Shown here piece after piece: positions 17,653 to 27,236 of a stretch of 64,000 nucleotides of DNA. The stretch is from the NCBI GenBank assembly GCA_035651575.1, contig DASRFM010000055.1, positions 3,687-67,686 on the forward strand, read 5' to 3'. Made by a program: the position numbers and the translations under genes. A model generated the notes under the pieces. The model had not been told where the DNA came from. It saw nothing but the letters and a program-made list of their open reading frames with translations, and ran no database searches. Position 1 is the stretch's first letter. Each line of letters opens with the position of its first letter. This DNA comes from Burkholderiales bacterium (GTDB taxonomy: Bacteria > Pseudomonadota > Gammaproteobacteria > Burkholderiales > SG8-39).

Positions 17653-18701
17653 TGAACGTCCCCGCGGAGCGGCTGCGAAGCTTCATCGCCGCCGCGTTCG
17701 AGAAGGTCGGAATGCCGGCCGCGGACGCGCGCTCGGTGGCGCAGCTCATGGCGGAGGCCGATCTGCACGGCGCGGACGGGCACGGCGTGTTCCGCCTGCC
17801 GCAATACATCCGGCGCATCGAAGCGGGCGGGGTCAATCTCCGCCCCGGGATAAAAATCGAGAAAGAGAGGGCTGGCTCTGCGCTGGTCGACGGCGACAAC
17901 GGGCAGGGCCACCTCGTCATGAAGTTCGCCGCGCAGACCGCGATCGCGAAGGCGCGCGGCGCCGGCGCGGCGTGGGTCGGCGTGCGCCGGGGGAACCACG
18001 CGGGCCCGGCGTCGCTCTACGCGCGCATGCCGCTCGCCGCAGACATGGTGGGCCTTTACCTCGCGGTGGGCAACGCGAACCATCTTCCGCCTTGGGGCGG
18101 AATCGAGATGCTGCTCTCCACGAATCCGATCGCCGTCGCCGTGCCGGCGGGCGAGGAGCCGCCGATCGTGCTCGACATGGCGACGACGGTCGCGGCCTAT
18201 GGCAAGGTGAAAACCAGGGCGCAGCGCGGCGAGAAGATGCCCGAAGGCTGGATGGTGGACCGCGACGGGCAGCCGCTCACCGATCCGAAGCGCGCGAACG
18301 ACGGATTTCTGCTTCCCATCGGAGGCTACAAGGGCTACGGGCTCGCGCTCGTGTTCGGCCTGCTCGCGGGCACGCTGAACGGCGCCGCGATGGGGCGGGA
18401 CGTTGTGGACTTCAACGCCGACGACGGCACGCCGACCAACACCGGCCAGGCGATTCTCGCGATCGACGTCGCGGCTTTCGGCGACGTCGCGCAGTTCAAG
18501 CGGCGCGTGGATGCGCTGGCGCGCGACCTGCGCGGCTCGAAGCGGATGAAGGGGTTCGAGCGCATCTGGCTGCCGGGCGAGCAGAGCCGCCTCAAATTCC
18601 TCGAGCGGACCCAGGCCGGCGTGCCGGTTCCGCCTGCCCTCGCCGAAACGCTGGATCAGCTCGCGGCGAAGCTGGGAATCGAGAAGCTCACTCCGCGGTA
18701 A
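17652..18701 (+). CDS. Ldh2-family oxidoreductase (malate/L-lactate/ureidoglycolate dehydrogenase type 2 family)
   Basis: 349-aa ORF. The GTG start shares 1 nt with the upstream TAG. Blocks GADGHGVFRLPQY, NHAGPASLYA, STNPIAVAVP, GGYKGYGLALVFGLLAG. Confidence 0.85.
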   Translation: MNVPAERLRSFIAAAFEKVGMPAADARSVAQLMAEADLHGADGHGVFRLPQYIRRIEAGGVNLRPGIKIEKERAGSALVDGDNGQGHLVMKFAAQTAIAKARGAGAAWVGVRRGNHAGPASLYARMPLAADMVGLYLAVGNANHLPPWGGIEMLLSTNPIAVAVPAGEEPPIVLDMATTVAAYGKVKTRAQRGEKMPEGWMVDRDGQPLTDPKRANDGFLLPIGGYKGYGLALVFGLLAGTLNGAAMGRDVVDFNADDGTPTNTGQAILAIDVAAFGDVAQFKRRVDALARDLRGSKRMKGFERIWLPGEQSRLKFLERTQAGVPVPPALAETLDQLAAKLGIEKLTPR

Positions 18702-19650
18702 TTCCCGCGCGCTTCACGATGGCGGCCATCCGCTTCAGGCCCGCCTGCGTCCATTGCGTGACCTGCTCCGGCGGCCCTTCGACGGGCTCGAGGCCCTGCG
18801 AGATCAGCTTCTCGCGCACGTCGGGGGAGGCGAGCGCCTTCTCGAGCTCGGCGTGCAGCCGGTCCACCACCGGCTTCGGCGTGCCGAGCGGCGCGACGAG
18901 CGAAGCCCAGGTGCGCCATTCGAAACCGGGCACCCCCGCCTCCGCCATGGTCGGGACCTCGGGCAGCAGGGGAGAGCGCTTCTCGCTCGGCACGCCGAGC
19001 GCGCGCATGCGCCCGGCCTTGATGTGCGGCAGCACGATGGACACCGCGCTGAAGTGCGCCTGCACCTGGTTCGGGATGACGTCGAGCGCGGCCTGCGTCG
19101 CGCCGCGGTAGGGGATATGCGTCAGGTAGACGCCGGTCGCCGCCTTGAACGCTTCCATCGCCACGTGCTGCGGGCTGCCCTGGCCACCCGAGGAGTAGTC
19201 GAGCTTCCCGGGCTGGCTCTTCGCGAGCGCGATGAACTCCTTCACCGACTTCGCCGGCACGTTGTTGCTGACCACGAGCACCCAGGTGATCCCGGCGACG
19301 ATCCCGACCGGAACGTAGTCCTTCACCGGATCGTAGTTCACGTGCCGGATGTTGGGGATCATGGTGAGGATGCTGTCGTTCAGCACGCCGATGGTGTAGC
19401 CGTCGGGCGGCGCCCGCTTCACGCGCTCGGCACCGATGCTACCCGCCGCGCCGGGCTGGTTCTCGATCACGATCGATTTGCCGAGGTTGTCGCTCATCCT
19501 GTTGGCGACGATGCGCACCATGACGTCGACCGCGCTGCCCGCCTGCAGCGGCATGACGAAGAGCAGCGGCTTGGCGGGATAGTCCTGCGCCGCTGCCGTT
19601 GCCGCGTCCCACGCGAGCGCGGCAGCAAGAAAGAGTCTTTTTGTCGTCAT
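18688..19650 (-). CDS. Bug/TctC-family substrate-binding protein
   Basis: This is the C-terminal 320 aa of track ORF 18688..20349. The ATG at 19650 overlaps the upstream deacetylase stop (ATGA on the minus strand). Sequence MTTKRLFLAAALAWDAATAAAQDYPAKPLLFVMP... Confidence 0.9.
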   Translation of the reverse strand: MTTKRLFLAAALAWDAATAAAQDYPAKPLLFVMPLQAGSAVDVMVRIVANRMSDNLGKSIVIENQPGAAGSIGAERVKRAPPDGYTIGVLNDSILTMIPNIRHVNYDPVKDYVPVGIVAGITWVLVVSNNVPAKSVKEFIALAKSQPGKLDYSSGGQGSPQHVAMEAFKAATGVYLTHIPYRGATQAALDVIPNQVQAHFSAVSIVLPHIKAGRMRALGVPSEKRSPLLPEVPTMAEAGVPGFEWRTWASLVAPLGTPKPVVDRLHAELEKALASPDVREKLISQGLEPVEGPPEQVTQWTQAGLKRMAAIVKRAGITAE

Positions 19651-20531
19651 GGCACGGTCCCCTCCGGAAGAGCGCAAATATACCGGTAGATGTCGCCCGG
19701 GCGCGTGAGCCAGACCCGGTCGCGGTGCCCGACGATGTGCTCGATCACGCGCCGGAAGCGCCGCAGCCGGTGCGGCACGCCGAGGATGAAGCTGTGCAGC
19801 ACCACGCTCATGACGAGCGGGCGGCGCGCCGATTCCTCCAGCATCTCGTCGAACTGGTCGACCAGGTTCTCGCAGTAGAGCTGCGACGGGGTGCGCCGCG
19901 TCACGGCCTCGAAGGAGTCGTTGAGGTCGTGCGCATAGGGGATCGAGAGGATCGGGCCGTGCTTCGTGCGGAACCACACCGGCTGGTCGTCGAGCGGCCA
20001 GTCCATCATGTAGCGGAAGCCCGCTGCGCGCAGCAGGTCGAGCGAGTCGTGGCTCTGCGAGATGTACGGGGCGAGCCAGCCGAGCGGGCGCTTGCCCTCG
20101 TGCCTCTCGATCGCCGCCGCGGCTTCCTCGATCAGCTTCTTCTCCTGCTCGTAGGGCATGTCCGCCTGGCGCTCGGCGTTGGTGCGCCCGTGCCCGACGA
20201 TCTCGTCGCCGCGGCGGCTGAACGCGGCGATCATCTGCGGGCAGTAGTCGTAGAGCTCCGTGTTCATGAGAAGGGCATAGGGCAGGTCGTAGGCCTGCGC
20301 GAGCTCGAGCAGCCGCCAGGCGCCGACCCGGTTGCCGTAGTCGCGCCACGCGTAGCTGCGGGAGTTGGGCTGCGGGTGCGGCACGCTGTAGTCGTTTCCC
20401 AGCCCCTCGCCGAAGGCGAAGTGCTCGACGTTCAGGCAGAAATGCACCGCCAGCCGCCTGCCCTCGGGCCAGCTGTAGTCCCGGCGCTCGGTGATCGCCG
20501 AGTAGTCGTAGCGCCCGTGCGTCTTCAGCAT
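19647..20531 (-). CDS. Polysaccharide deacetylase-family protein (PuuE-like), paralog of 2553..3470
   Basis: 294-aa ORF. It shares long identical blocks with the first copy (WRDYGNR.G.WRLLEL, HGRTNAE, IERHEGK.P.GW, DWP.DDQPVW.RT..GPILS.PY, LVDQFDEM, RPLVM.V..H). Confidence 0.85.
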   Translation of the reverse strand: MLKTHGRYDYSAITERRDYSWPEGRRLAVHFCLNVEHFAFGEGLGNDYSVPHPQPNSRSYAWRDYGNRVGAWRLLELAQAYDLPYALLMNTELYDYCPQMIAAFSRRGDEIVGHGRTNAERQADMPYEQEKKLIEEAAAAIERHEGKRPLGWLAPYISQSHDSLDLLRAAGFRYMMDWPLDDQPVWFRTKHGPILSIPYAHDLNDSFEAVTRRTPSQLYCENLVDQFDEMLEESARRPLVMSVVLHSFILGVPHRLRRFRRVIEHIVGHRDRVWLTRPGDIYRYICALPEGTVP

Positions 20532-20541
20532 GCGAGGCTCC

Positions 20542-21939
20542 TCAGAGTTCGAATTGCGCCGCGAAGCGCGCGAAGTCGGGCAGGTTCTCGATGCGCAGGC
20601 AGCCGGCGAGCAGGCGCTCGGCCGCCTCGCGCCCCCAGAGCGGCGTGCCGAGCGCGAGGAATTTCTTCTCCAGCGCCTGCGGCGGATGCGGATTCGCGGG
20701 CTCGCCCTTCATCACGGCGCAGCGGCCCTCGAGCGCGCGGCCGTCGTCCAGCACGATGCGCAGCTCGCACACCTGCTCCTTCGGATAGCGCGCGGTGAGC
20801 TGCGGATCCTCGCGCAGGTCCACGCGCGCGGCGAGCGCCTGCACCGCCGGATCGTCCACGGCTTCCTGCTCGAAGGGCTCGAGCCCGGAGCGGCCGTGAT
20901 GCAGGACCGTGGCGAGCGCGAACGGCACCGAGAAGCGCGCGCCGAAGCTCGACGTAACGCGCTTTTCCGCGAGCATGGCCGCCAGCCGGTAGGTCCTGAC
21001 GTGGATGGCGCGGATCTTTTCCGGCCGCAACGGATTCCTCAGGAGCAGATCCTCCAGCGCATCAAGCGCGGAGTGGACGTAGCGCCCCGTGGGATGCAGC
21101 TTGAAATAGCCGTCCGCGAGCAGCCACTCGCGGCCGAGGTTCGCCACCGCCTTCCCCGGGTCGAAGCCGTCGGAAAGGATCCTGCCGAACACGGCCGACG
21201 GCCCGTCCTTCTCGCCGGTGAAGCCGCATTGCACGAGGCGCGCCGCAGTGAGGCCCATGTAGCCGGCGTGGCCGGTGAAGATGTTGCGCACCGTGGCGCC
21301 GTCGAGGAGCGTCTGGCGGCTCGCCGCCAGCCCCATGGTCGCTGCGACGTTGAGGAGGGTCAGCATGCCCGCTTCATCGAAGCGGCCCAGCCGCCCCGCG
21401 GCGATCGCCGCGCCGAGCGTGCCCCAGGTGCCGTGCGGATGCACTTCGATGCGCACATTCGCTGCGCGGCTGATGCGCGAGCTGAGCTCGTAGCCGAGCG
21501 CGACCGCGAGGAGCAGTTCCTCGCCGCTCGCGCCGGTTTCCTGGGCGAGCGCCACGGCGGCGGGCACCACCTGGATGCCCGGATGGCCCTTCGCAAAGAG
21601 ATTGCCCTCGTCGAGCTCGAGCCAGGTCCCCGCCGTGCCGTTCAGCAGGGCGGCGTCGAGCGAGCGCGCCCGCTTCTTCGTGCCGAGGACCCAGGCCTGC
21701 CCCGTCGCGGGCGACTGGCTGCGGAAAAACGCCCGCATCTCGGGTTGCTGCATGCCGGCTGCGATCACCGGCAGGCTGTCGGCGATTACCCAGCGCGTGC
21801 GCTCCAGCGCGCGCGCGTCGAGGTCCGCGAGGCGCGCGCGACACGCGAAGCCGGCGAGCTCGCGGAGATAGCTCAGTCGACCTTGGCCCCGGACTGCTGC
21901 ACGACGCCGGCCCACTTCTTCACTTCGGCGCGGATCCAT
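20542..21939 (-). CDS. MmgE/PrpD-family protein (2-methylcitrate dehydratase-like); start uncertain
   Basis: The family-typical N-terminus LSYLRELAGFACRARLADLDARALERTRWVIADSLPVIAAG begins at a CTG (21876) that overlaps the upstream Bug stop. The only upstream canonical start in frame is ATG 21939, giving a 67-nt overlap with the Bug gene. The remaining sequence (about 440 aa) is coherent with the PrpD fold family. Confidence 0.8.
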   Translation of the reverse strand: MDPRRSEEVGRRRAAVRGQGRLSYLRELAGFACRARLADLDARALERTRWVIADSLPVIAAGMQQPEMRAFFRSQSPATGQAWVLGTKKRARSLDAALLNGTAGTWLELDEGNLFAKGHPGIQVVPAAVALAQETGASGEELLLAVALGYELSSRISRAANVRIEVHPHGTWGTLGAAIAAGRLGRFDEAGMLTLLNVAATMGLAASRQTLLDGATVRNIFTGHAGYMGLTAARLVQCGFTGEKDGPSAVFGRILSDGFDPGKAVANLGREWLLADGYFKLHPTGRYVHSALDALEDLLLRNPLRPEKIRAIHVRTYRLAAMLAEKRVTSSFGARFSVPFALATVLHHGRSGLEPFEQEAVDDPAVQALAARVDLREDPQLTARYPKEQVCELRIVLDDGRALEGRCAVMKGEPANPHPPQALEKKFLALGTPLWGREAAERLLAGCLRIENLPDFARFAAQFEL

Positions 21940-22835
21940 GCGGCGAACTGGTCGGGGGAGTTGCCGACGATGTCCGCGCCCTGCGAGGTGAGGCCGTCGC
22001 GCACTTCCGGGATCGCGAGGACGCGCACCACCTCGTCGTGCACGCGGTTCACGATGGGGCGCGGCGTGCCGGCCGGCGCGAGCAGGCCGTTCCAGCCGAC
22101 GGCGTCGAAGTCCTTGAGGCCGAGCTCGTGCAGCGTCGGCACGTCGGGAAGCACGGCGATGCGCGCGAGGCTCGTCACGGCGATCGCCTTGATGCGCCCC
22201 GAGCGCACATGGGGCAGGAGCGGCGGCACGTTGTCGAACATGATCGGGATCTGGCCGGCGATCAGGTCGGCGATCGCGGGCGCGCCGCCCTTGTAGGGGA
22301 CATGGGTGATGTCGACGCCGGTATACGCCTTGAAGAGCTCGCCCGTCATGTGCGGCGGCGTGCCGTTGCCGGCGGTGCCGTAGACGAGCGTGCCGGGCTT
22401 CGCGCGCGCCGCGGCGAGCAGGTCGGCCACGCTGTTGAAGCCGGTCGACGGGTGCACCACGAGCAGGTTGGTGTAGTTCACCGCCTGCGTGATCGGCGAG
22501 AAATCGGTCAGGAGATCGTAGTTCAGCTTCTTGTACAGGCTCTTGCTGATCGCGAGCGAGCTCGTGCCCATGAGGAGCGTGTAGCCGTCGGGCGCGGACT
22601 TCGCCACCGCGTCGGCGGCGATGTTGCCGCCGGCGCCGGGCCGGTTCTCGATCACCACCGGCTGGCCGAGCGGTTCCTGCAGCCGGGCGCCGATCGTGCG
22701 CGCGAGGATGTCCGACGTGCCGCCGGGCGGGAAGGGCACCACGATGCGCACCGCGCGGGAGGGGTAGGATTGTGCAAGCGCCCCGCTCGAAGCGAGCACC
22801 AGGGCGCACAAAACAATTTCAATAGCTCTTTTCAT
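21873..22835 (-). CDS. Bug/TctC-family substrate-binding protein
   Basis: 320-aa ORF MKRAIEIVLCALVLASSGALAQSYPSRAVRIVVPFPPGGTSD... Its start abuts the upstream GST stop (TGAATG). Confidence 0.9.
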   Translation of the reverse strand: MKRAIEIVLCALVLASSGALAQSYPSRAVRIVVPFPPGGTSDILARTIGARLQEPLGQPVVIENRPGAGGNIAADAVAKSAPDGYTLLMGTSSLAISKSLYKKLNYDLLTDFSPITQAVNYTNLLVVHPSTGFNSVADLLAAARAKPGTLVYGTAGNGTPPHMTGELFKAYTGVDITHVPYKGGAPAIADLIAGQIPIMFDNVPPLLPHVRSGRIKAIAVTSLARIAVLPDVPTLHELGLKDFDAVGWNGLLAPAGTPRPIVNRVHDEVVRVLAIPEVRDGLTSQGADIVGNSPDQFAAWIRAEVKKWAGVVQQSGAKVD

Positions 22836-23489
22836 TCAACCCTTGAAGGTGTCGAGCTTGATGCGCTCGCGCTCGAGCACCGCCGCGACGGAGGGCTCGG
22901 CGCACACACGCTCGATATACGCGAAATACGCCGGCAGCGAGCGCGGATCGATGCCCGCGTAGCCGCCCCAGCGCAGGAAGGTGAAGGCGTAGGCGTCGTG
23001 GCAGGCGATGCCGTCCCCGAACCAGTAGGGCGATGCCGAGGCGACCCACCCCTGGATCCGCTCGAGGTGCGAGCGGAATTCCTTCGCCGCGGTCTTCTTC
23101 ACGTCGGCCCGGGCGGCCTCGTCCTGCGCGAAGTATTCGCTGCGGAAGATGCGCGTGAACGTCGGATGTACCGTGTTGTTCATCCACGCGAGCTGGGAGA
23201 GCGCCTGCGCGCGGGCCCACGACTCCTGCGGCAGCAGCCCGGCGCCGGGGAACCGGCGATCGAGGCAGTCGCAGATCGCGACGATCTGGGTGAGCGGCCG
23301 GCCGTCGGCCAGCAGGGTCGGCACCTGGCCGTTCGGGTTGAGCGCCAGGTATTCCGGGCTCTTCTGCTCGCCCTTGTGCAGCTTCACGAGCTTCGGCTCG
23401 AACTGCGTGCCTGTGACCGCCTGGATGCGCTGCAGCGCCACGTGCGGGACGAAGGAGCAGGCGCCCGGAGCGAAGTAAAGTTGCATCAT
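22836..23489 (-). CDS. Glutathione S-transferase family protein
   Basis: 217-aa ORF MMQLYFAPGACSFVPHVAL...NPNGQVPTLLADGRPLTQIVAICDCL... with GST N- and C-domains. Confidence 0.8.
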   Translation of the reverse strand: MMQLYFAPGACSFVPHVALQRIQAVTGTQFEPKLVKLHKGEQKSPEYLALNPNGQVPTLLADGRPLTQIVAICDCLDRRFPGAGLLPQESWARAQALSQLAWMNNTVHPTFTRIFRSEYFAQDEAARADVKKTAAKEFRSHLERIQGWVASASPYWFGDGIACHDAYAFTFLRWGGYAGIDPRSLPAYFAYIERVCAEPSVAAVLERERIKLDTFKG

Positions 23490-23517
23490 CGTTCGATCAT
23501 ACCGGCGAGGAGGCCCC

Positions 23518-23906
23518 GTGAAAATTCAGCATCTCGAACCGAGCGCCGCGCAGAAGGCGCGCGCATTCTCCCCCGCGGTCATCACCGAGGGCGGCCGCAC
23601 CGTCTGGCTGGCGGGGCAGACCGCCACGGTGGACCTCGACGGCAGGGACATCTCGAGGGACTTCGACGCCCAGGCGCGCGCGGTCTTCGGCCTGCTCGGC
23701 AGGACGCTCGAGCGCGCCGGCGGCACGCTCGCCGACATGGTGACCATGACCGTCTTCATCACCGATCCGCGGATGGGCGACCGCTTCGTGGAGATCCGTC
23801 GCGAGCTCTTCCCGGAGGGCCGCTACCCGGCGAGCGCGCTCATCACGGTGTCGAACTTCGCGCGCCCCGGCATCCTGATCGAGATCCAGGGCGTTGCCGT
23901 CTTGGC

Positions 23907-23910
<4 letters not shown>
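23518..23910 (+). CDS. RidA/YjgF/L-PSP family protein
   Basis: 130-aa ORF with ...AQARAVFGLLGRTLERAGGTLADMVTMTVFITD...ASALITVSNFARPGILIEIQGVA, the typical RidA fold signature. Confidence 0.85.
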
Positions 23911-24884
<974 letters not shown>

Positions 24885-24961
24885 GCGAGCTCCTCTTTGA
24901 AGTCGTGCGAAAAAGTGCGTAGCGTAGCAGCCCGGGGTTGCTTTTCGGAGGCAGGACCGCC

Positions 24962-25765
24962 ATGACGAACGAGCCCGTGCTGCACGCCATCGACGCCCGC
25001 GGCGTCGTGACCGTCACGCTGAATCGCCCGGAAGTGAACAATGCGTACGACGCGGCGCTGGTCCAGGGCCTTCTCGACGCGCTTTCCTCCCTGCCAGCGA
25101 CGGTGCGGGCGGTCCTGCTGCGCGGCGCGGGAAAGCATTTCCAGGCGGGCGCGGACCTCAAGTGGATCCGCTCGGTCGCGGCGCAGCCGGAGAAGGAAAA
25201 CGAGGAGGCGTCGCGCGCGACCGCCGAAGCCGTGCGCCGCCTGAACGCGCTCGCGGTGCCGACGGTGGCGCTGGTGCAGGGCGCATGCTTCGGCGGCGGC
25301 ACGGGGATCCTCGCCGCCTGCGACGTCGTGATCGCGGCGCAGGACGCGGTGTTCTCGATCGCCGAAACCCGCTGGGGCCTGATGGCCGGGATCATCCTGC
25401 CGCAGCTCGCCGACGCGATCGGCGCGCGCCAGGTGCGCCGCTACGCGCTCACCGGGGAGCGTTTCGGCGCGGAAGAGGCGCGGCGCATCGGCCTCGTGCA
25501 CGAGGTCGTCGCCGCGGCGCAGCTCGATGCCGCTGGCGAGCGGATCGTGAGCCAGCTGCTGCAGAATGCGCCGGAGGCGAATGCGCAGACCAAGGCGCTC
25601 GCGCTGGAGTTCGCCTGGGGATCCATCGATGAGGCGACCTTCGCGCGCCTGGTGCGCCAGCATGCGGCGAAGCGGCGCAGCGCCGAGGCCGCCGAAGGCC
25701 TCGCGTCTTTCGCGGAGAAGCGCGCGGCGCGCTGGCCGGCAGGCAGAAAAAAAGCCCCGGAGTAG
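24962..25765 (+). CDS. Enoyl-CoA hydratase/isomerase (crotonase) family protein
   Basis: The track ORF starts at 24938; the likelier start is ATG 24962 (MTNEPVL). Blocks VTLNRPEVNNAYD, LRGAGKHFQAGADLKW, ALVQGACFGGGTGILAACDVVIAA, ETRWGL. Confidence 0.85.
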   Translation: MTNEPVLHAIDARGVVTVTLNRPEVNNAYDAALVQGLLDALSSLPATVRAVLLRGAGKHFQAGADLKWIRSVAAQPEKENEEASRATAEAVRRLNALAVPTVALVQGACFGGGTGILAACDVVIAAQDAVFSIAETRWGLMAGIILPQLADAIGARQVRRYALTGERFGAEEARRIGLVHEVVAAAQLDAAGERIVSQLLQNAPEANAQTKALALEFAWGSIDEATFARLVRQHAAKRRSAEAAEGLASFAEKRAARWPAGRKKAPE

Positions 25766-25784
25766 GGGGGAGCTCTTCCGGGGC
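25747..25784 (-). terminator. Rho-independent terminator for the minus-strand Rieske/GS-like operon
   Basis: On the minus strand, stem GCCCCGGA (25784-25777), a 15-nt loop, stem TCCGGGGC (25761-25754), then TTTTTTT (25753-25747). It sits about 80 nt after the GS-like stop and overlaps the last codons of the convergent crotonase gene. Confidence 0.5.
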
Positions 25785-25862
25785 TCTGCCGCCCCGGAGG
25801 AGGACTCGTGGGGCGACGGCCTTTTGTAGCACGCCGCTCCCGGCGGCGCTGTGAACTACTTC

Positions 25863-27236
25863 CTAAAAGAGGTCGAAGTACTCGCGCTGCTCCCATTCGC
25901 TCACCTCGAGCTCGAAGCGCGCGATCTCCGCCTCTTTTATCCTGCAGTAGTACTCGACGAACGTTTCGCCGAAGGCCTCGCACAGGACGCGGTCGCTCCG
26001 GAGCGCGGCGATCGCCTGGCCGAGCGAGCGCGGCAGGAGCGGCGCCGCCGCCTCGTACGGCGCATCGGCCGAAGGCGGCAGCGCTTTTTTCCGCGCGATG
26101 CCGTCGAGGCCGGAGTGGATTTGCGAGGCGAAATACAGGTAAGGATTGGCCGCCGGCTCGCCGATGCGGTTCTCGATCCGCGTCGCCGGATTGCCGGGCC
26201 CGCCGACCACGCGCAGCAGCGCGCCGCGGTTCTCCTTGCCCCACACCGCGCGGTCGGGGGCGAGGGAGTAGGGGCGATAGCGCTTGTAGCCGTTGACGGT
26301 TGGCGTCGAGAACACGCACGCCCCGGCGGCGTGCTCGAGCAGGCCGGCGAGGTAGTGCCTGCCGGTCTCGGACAGGTCTTCCTTCTCCGAGACGAAGGCG
26401 TTGCGCCCGGCCTTGCGCAGGGACTGGTGCAGGTGCCAGCCGCTCGACATGACGTTCGGCAGCTTCGGCCGGCACATGAAGGTGGCGTGGTAGCCGTGGC
26501 GCCGCGCGATCTGCTTCACCGCGCTCCTCAGGAGCAGCATCGATTCGGCCGCCTGCATCGCGTCCTGCGGCGCGAGGGTGAACTCGAGCTGGCTCGGGCC
26601 GAACTCGACCTCGAAGGAGCGCAGCGGCAGCCCGAGCCTGGCGAGGTCCTTGCGCAGCAGCTCGACCACCGGGTCCACGAGGTCGTAGCGCTGCTCGGTG
26701 AGGTACTGGTATCCGGTGGAAAGCAGCTCCACGGAAGGCGGCGTGCCGGGCTGGCCGGCATCGGCGGGACGCAGGTTCTCGTCCACGATCTTGAAGACAT
26801 GGAACTCGATCTCGAGCCCGCACACGAGCTCGAAGGGCGCGAGCTTCTCGAGCGCCCTTGCGAGCACCGCGCGCGTGTCGAAGGGCACCGGCCTGCCGTC
26901 CTGGAAGGCGAGCTCGCAGAGAAACCAGCCGGTGTCCGGCGCCCACGGCAGGATGCGGAAGCTCGGCAGGAGCGGCTTCATGAGGATGTCGGCCGCGCCC
27001 TGCAGCTCCGGCATGCCGAAGCCGCCGCCGGCGGTGAACGCCGGAAACACGGTGCGATGCGAGGTGTCCTTGAGAAGCAGCGTGCTGGTCACGGTCACGC
27101 CGCGCTCGAGCGCCGCCTTCACTTCCGGCACGGCGAGCGTCTTGCCGCGCAGCACGCCGTGCTGGTCGGCGAAGGAGAAGCGCACCGCCTGCAGGCAATG
27201 CGCGTCGATCTCCTTCAGCACCTCGCCGGCGTTCAT
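25863..27236 (-). CDS. Glutamine synthetase-family protein (gamma-glutamyl-amine ligase candidate)
   Basis: This is the C-terminal 457 aa of track ORF 25863..28337, from ATG 27236 (MNAGEVLKEID...). GS catalytic blocks: EVEFGPSQLEF, ATFMCRPKLPNVMSSGWHLHQS, NGYKRY, NRGALLRV, RIENRIGEPAANPYL. Confidence 0.9.
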   Translation of the reverse strand: MNAGEVLKEIDAHCLQAVRFSFADQHGVLRGKTLAVPEVKAALERGVTVTSTLLLKDTSHRTVFPAFTAGGGFGMPELQGAADILMKPLLPSFRILPWAPDTGWFLCELAFQDGRPVPFDTRAVLARALEKLAPFELVCGLEIEFHVFKIVDENLRPADAGQPGTPPSVELLSTGYQYLTEQRYDLVDPVVELLRKDLARLGLPLRSFEVEFGPSQLEFTLAPQDAMQAAESMLLLRSAVKQIARRHGYHATFMCRPKLPNVMSSGWHLHQSLRKAGRNAFVSEKEDLSETGRHYLAGLLEHAAGACVFSTPTVNGYKRYRPYSLAPDRAVWGKENRGALLRVVGGPGNPATRIENRIGEPAANPYLYFASQIHSGLDGIARKKALPPSADAPYEAAAPLLPRSLGQAIAALRSDRVLCEAFGETFVEYYCRIKEAEIARFELEVSEWEQREYFDLF

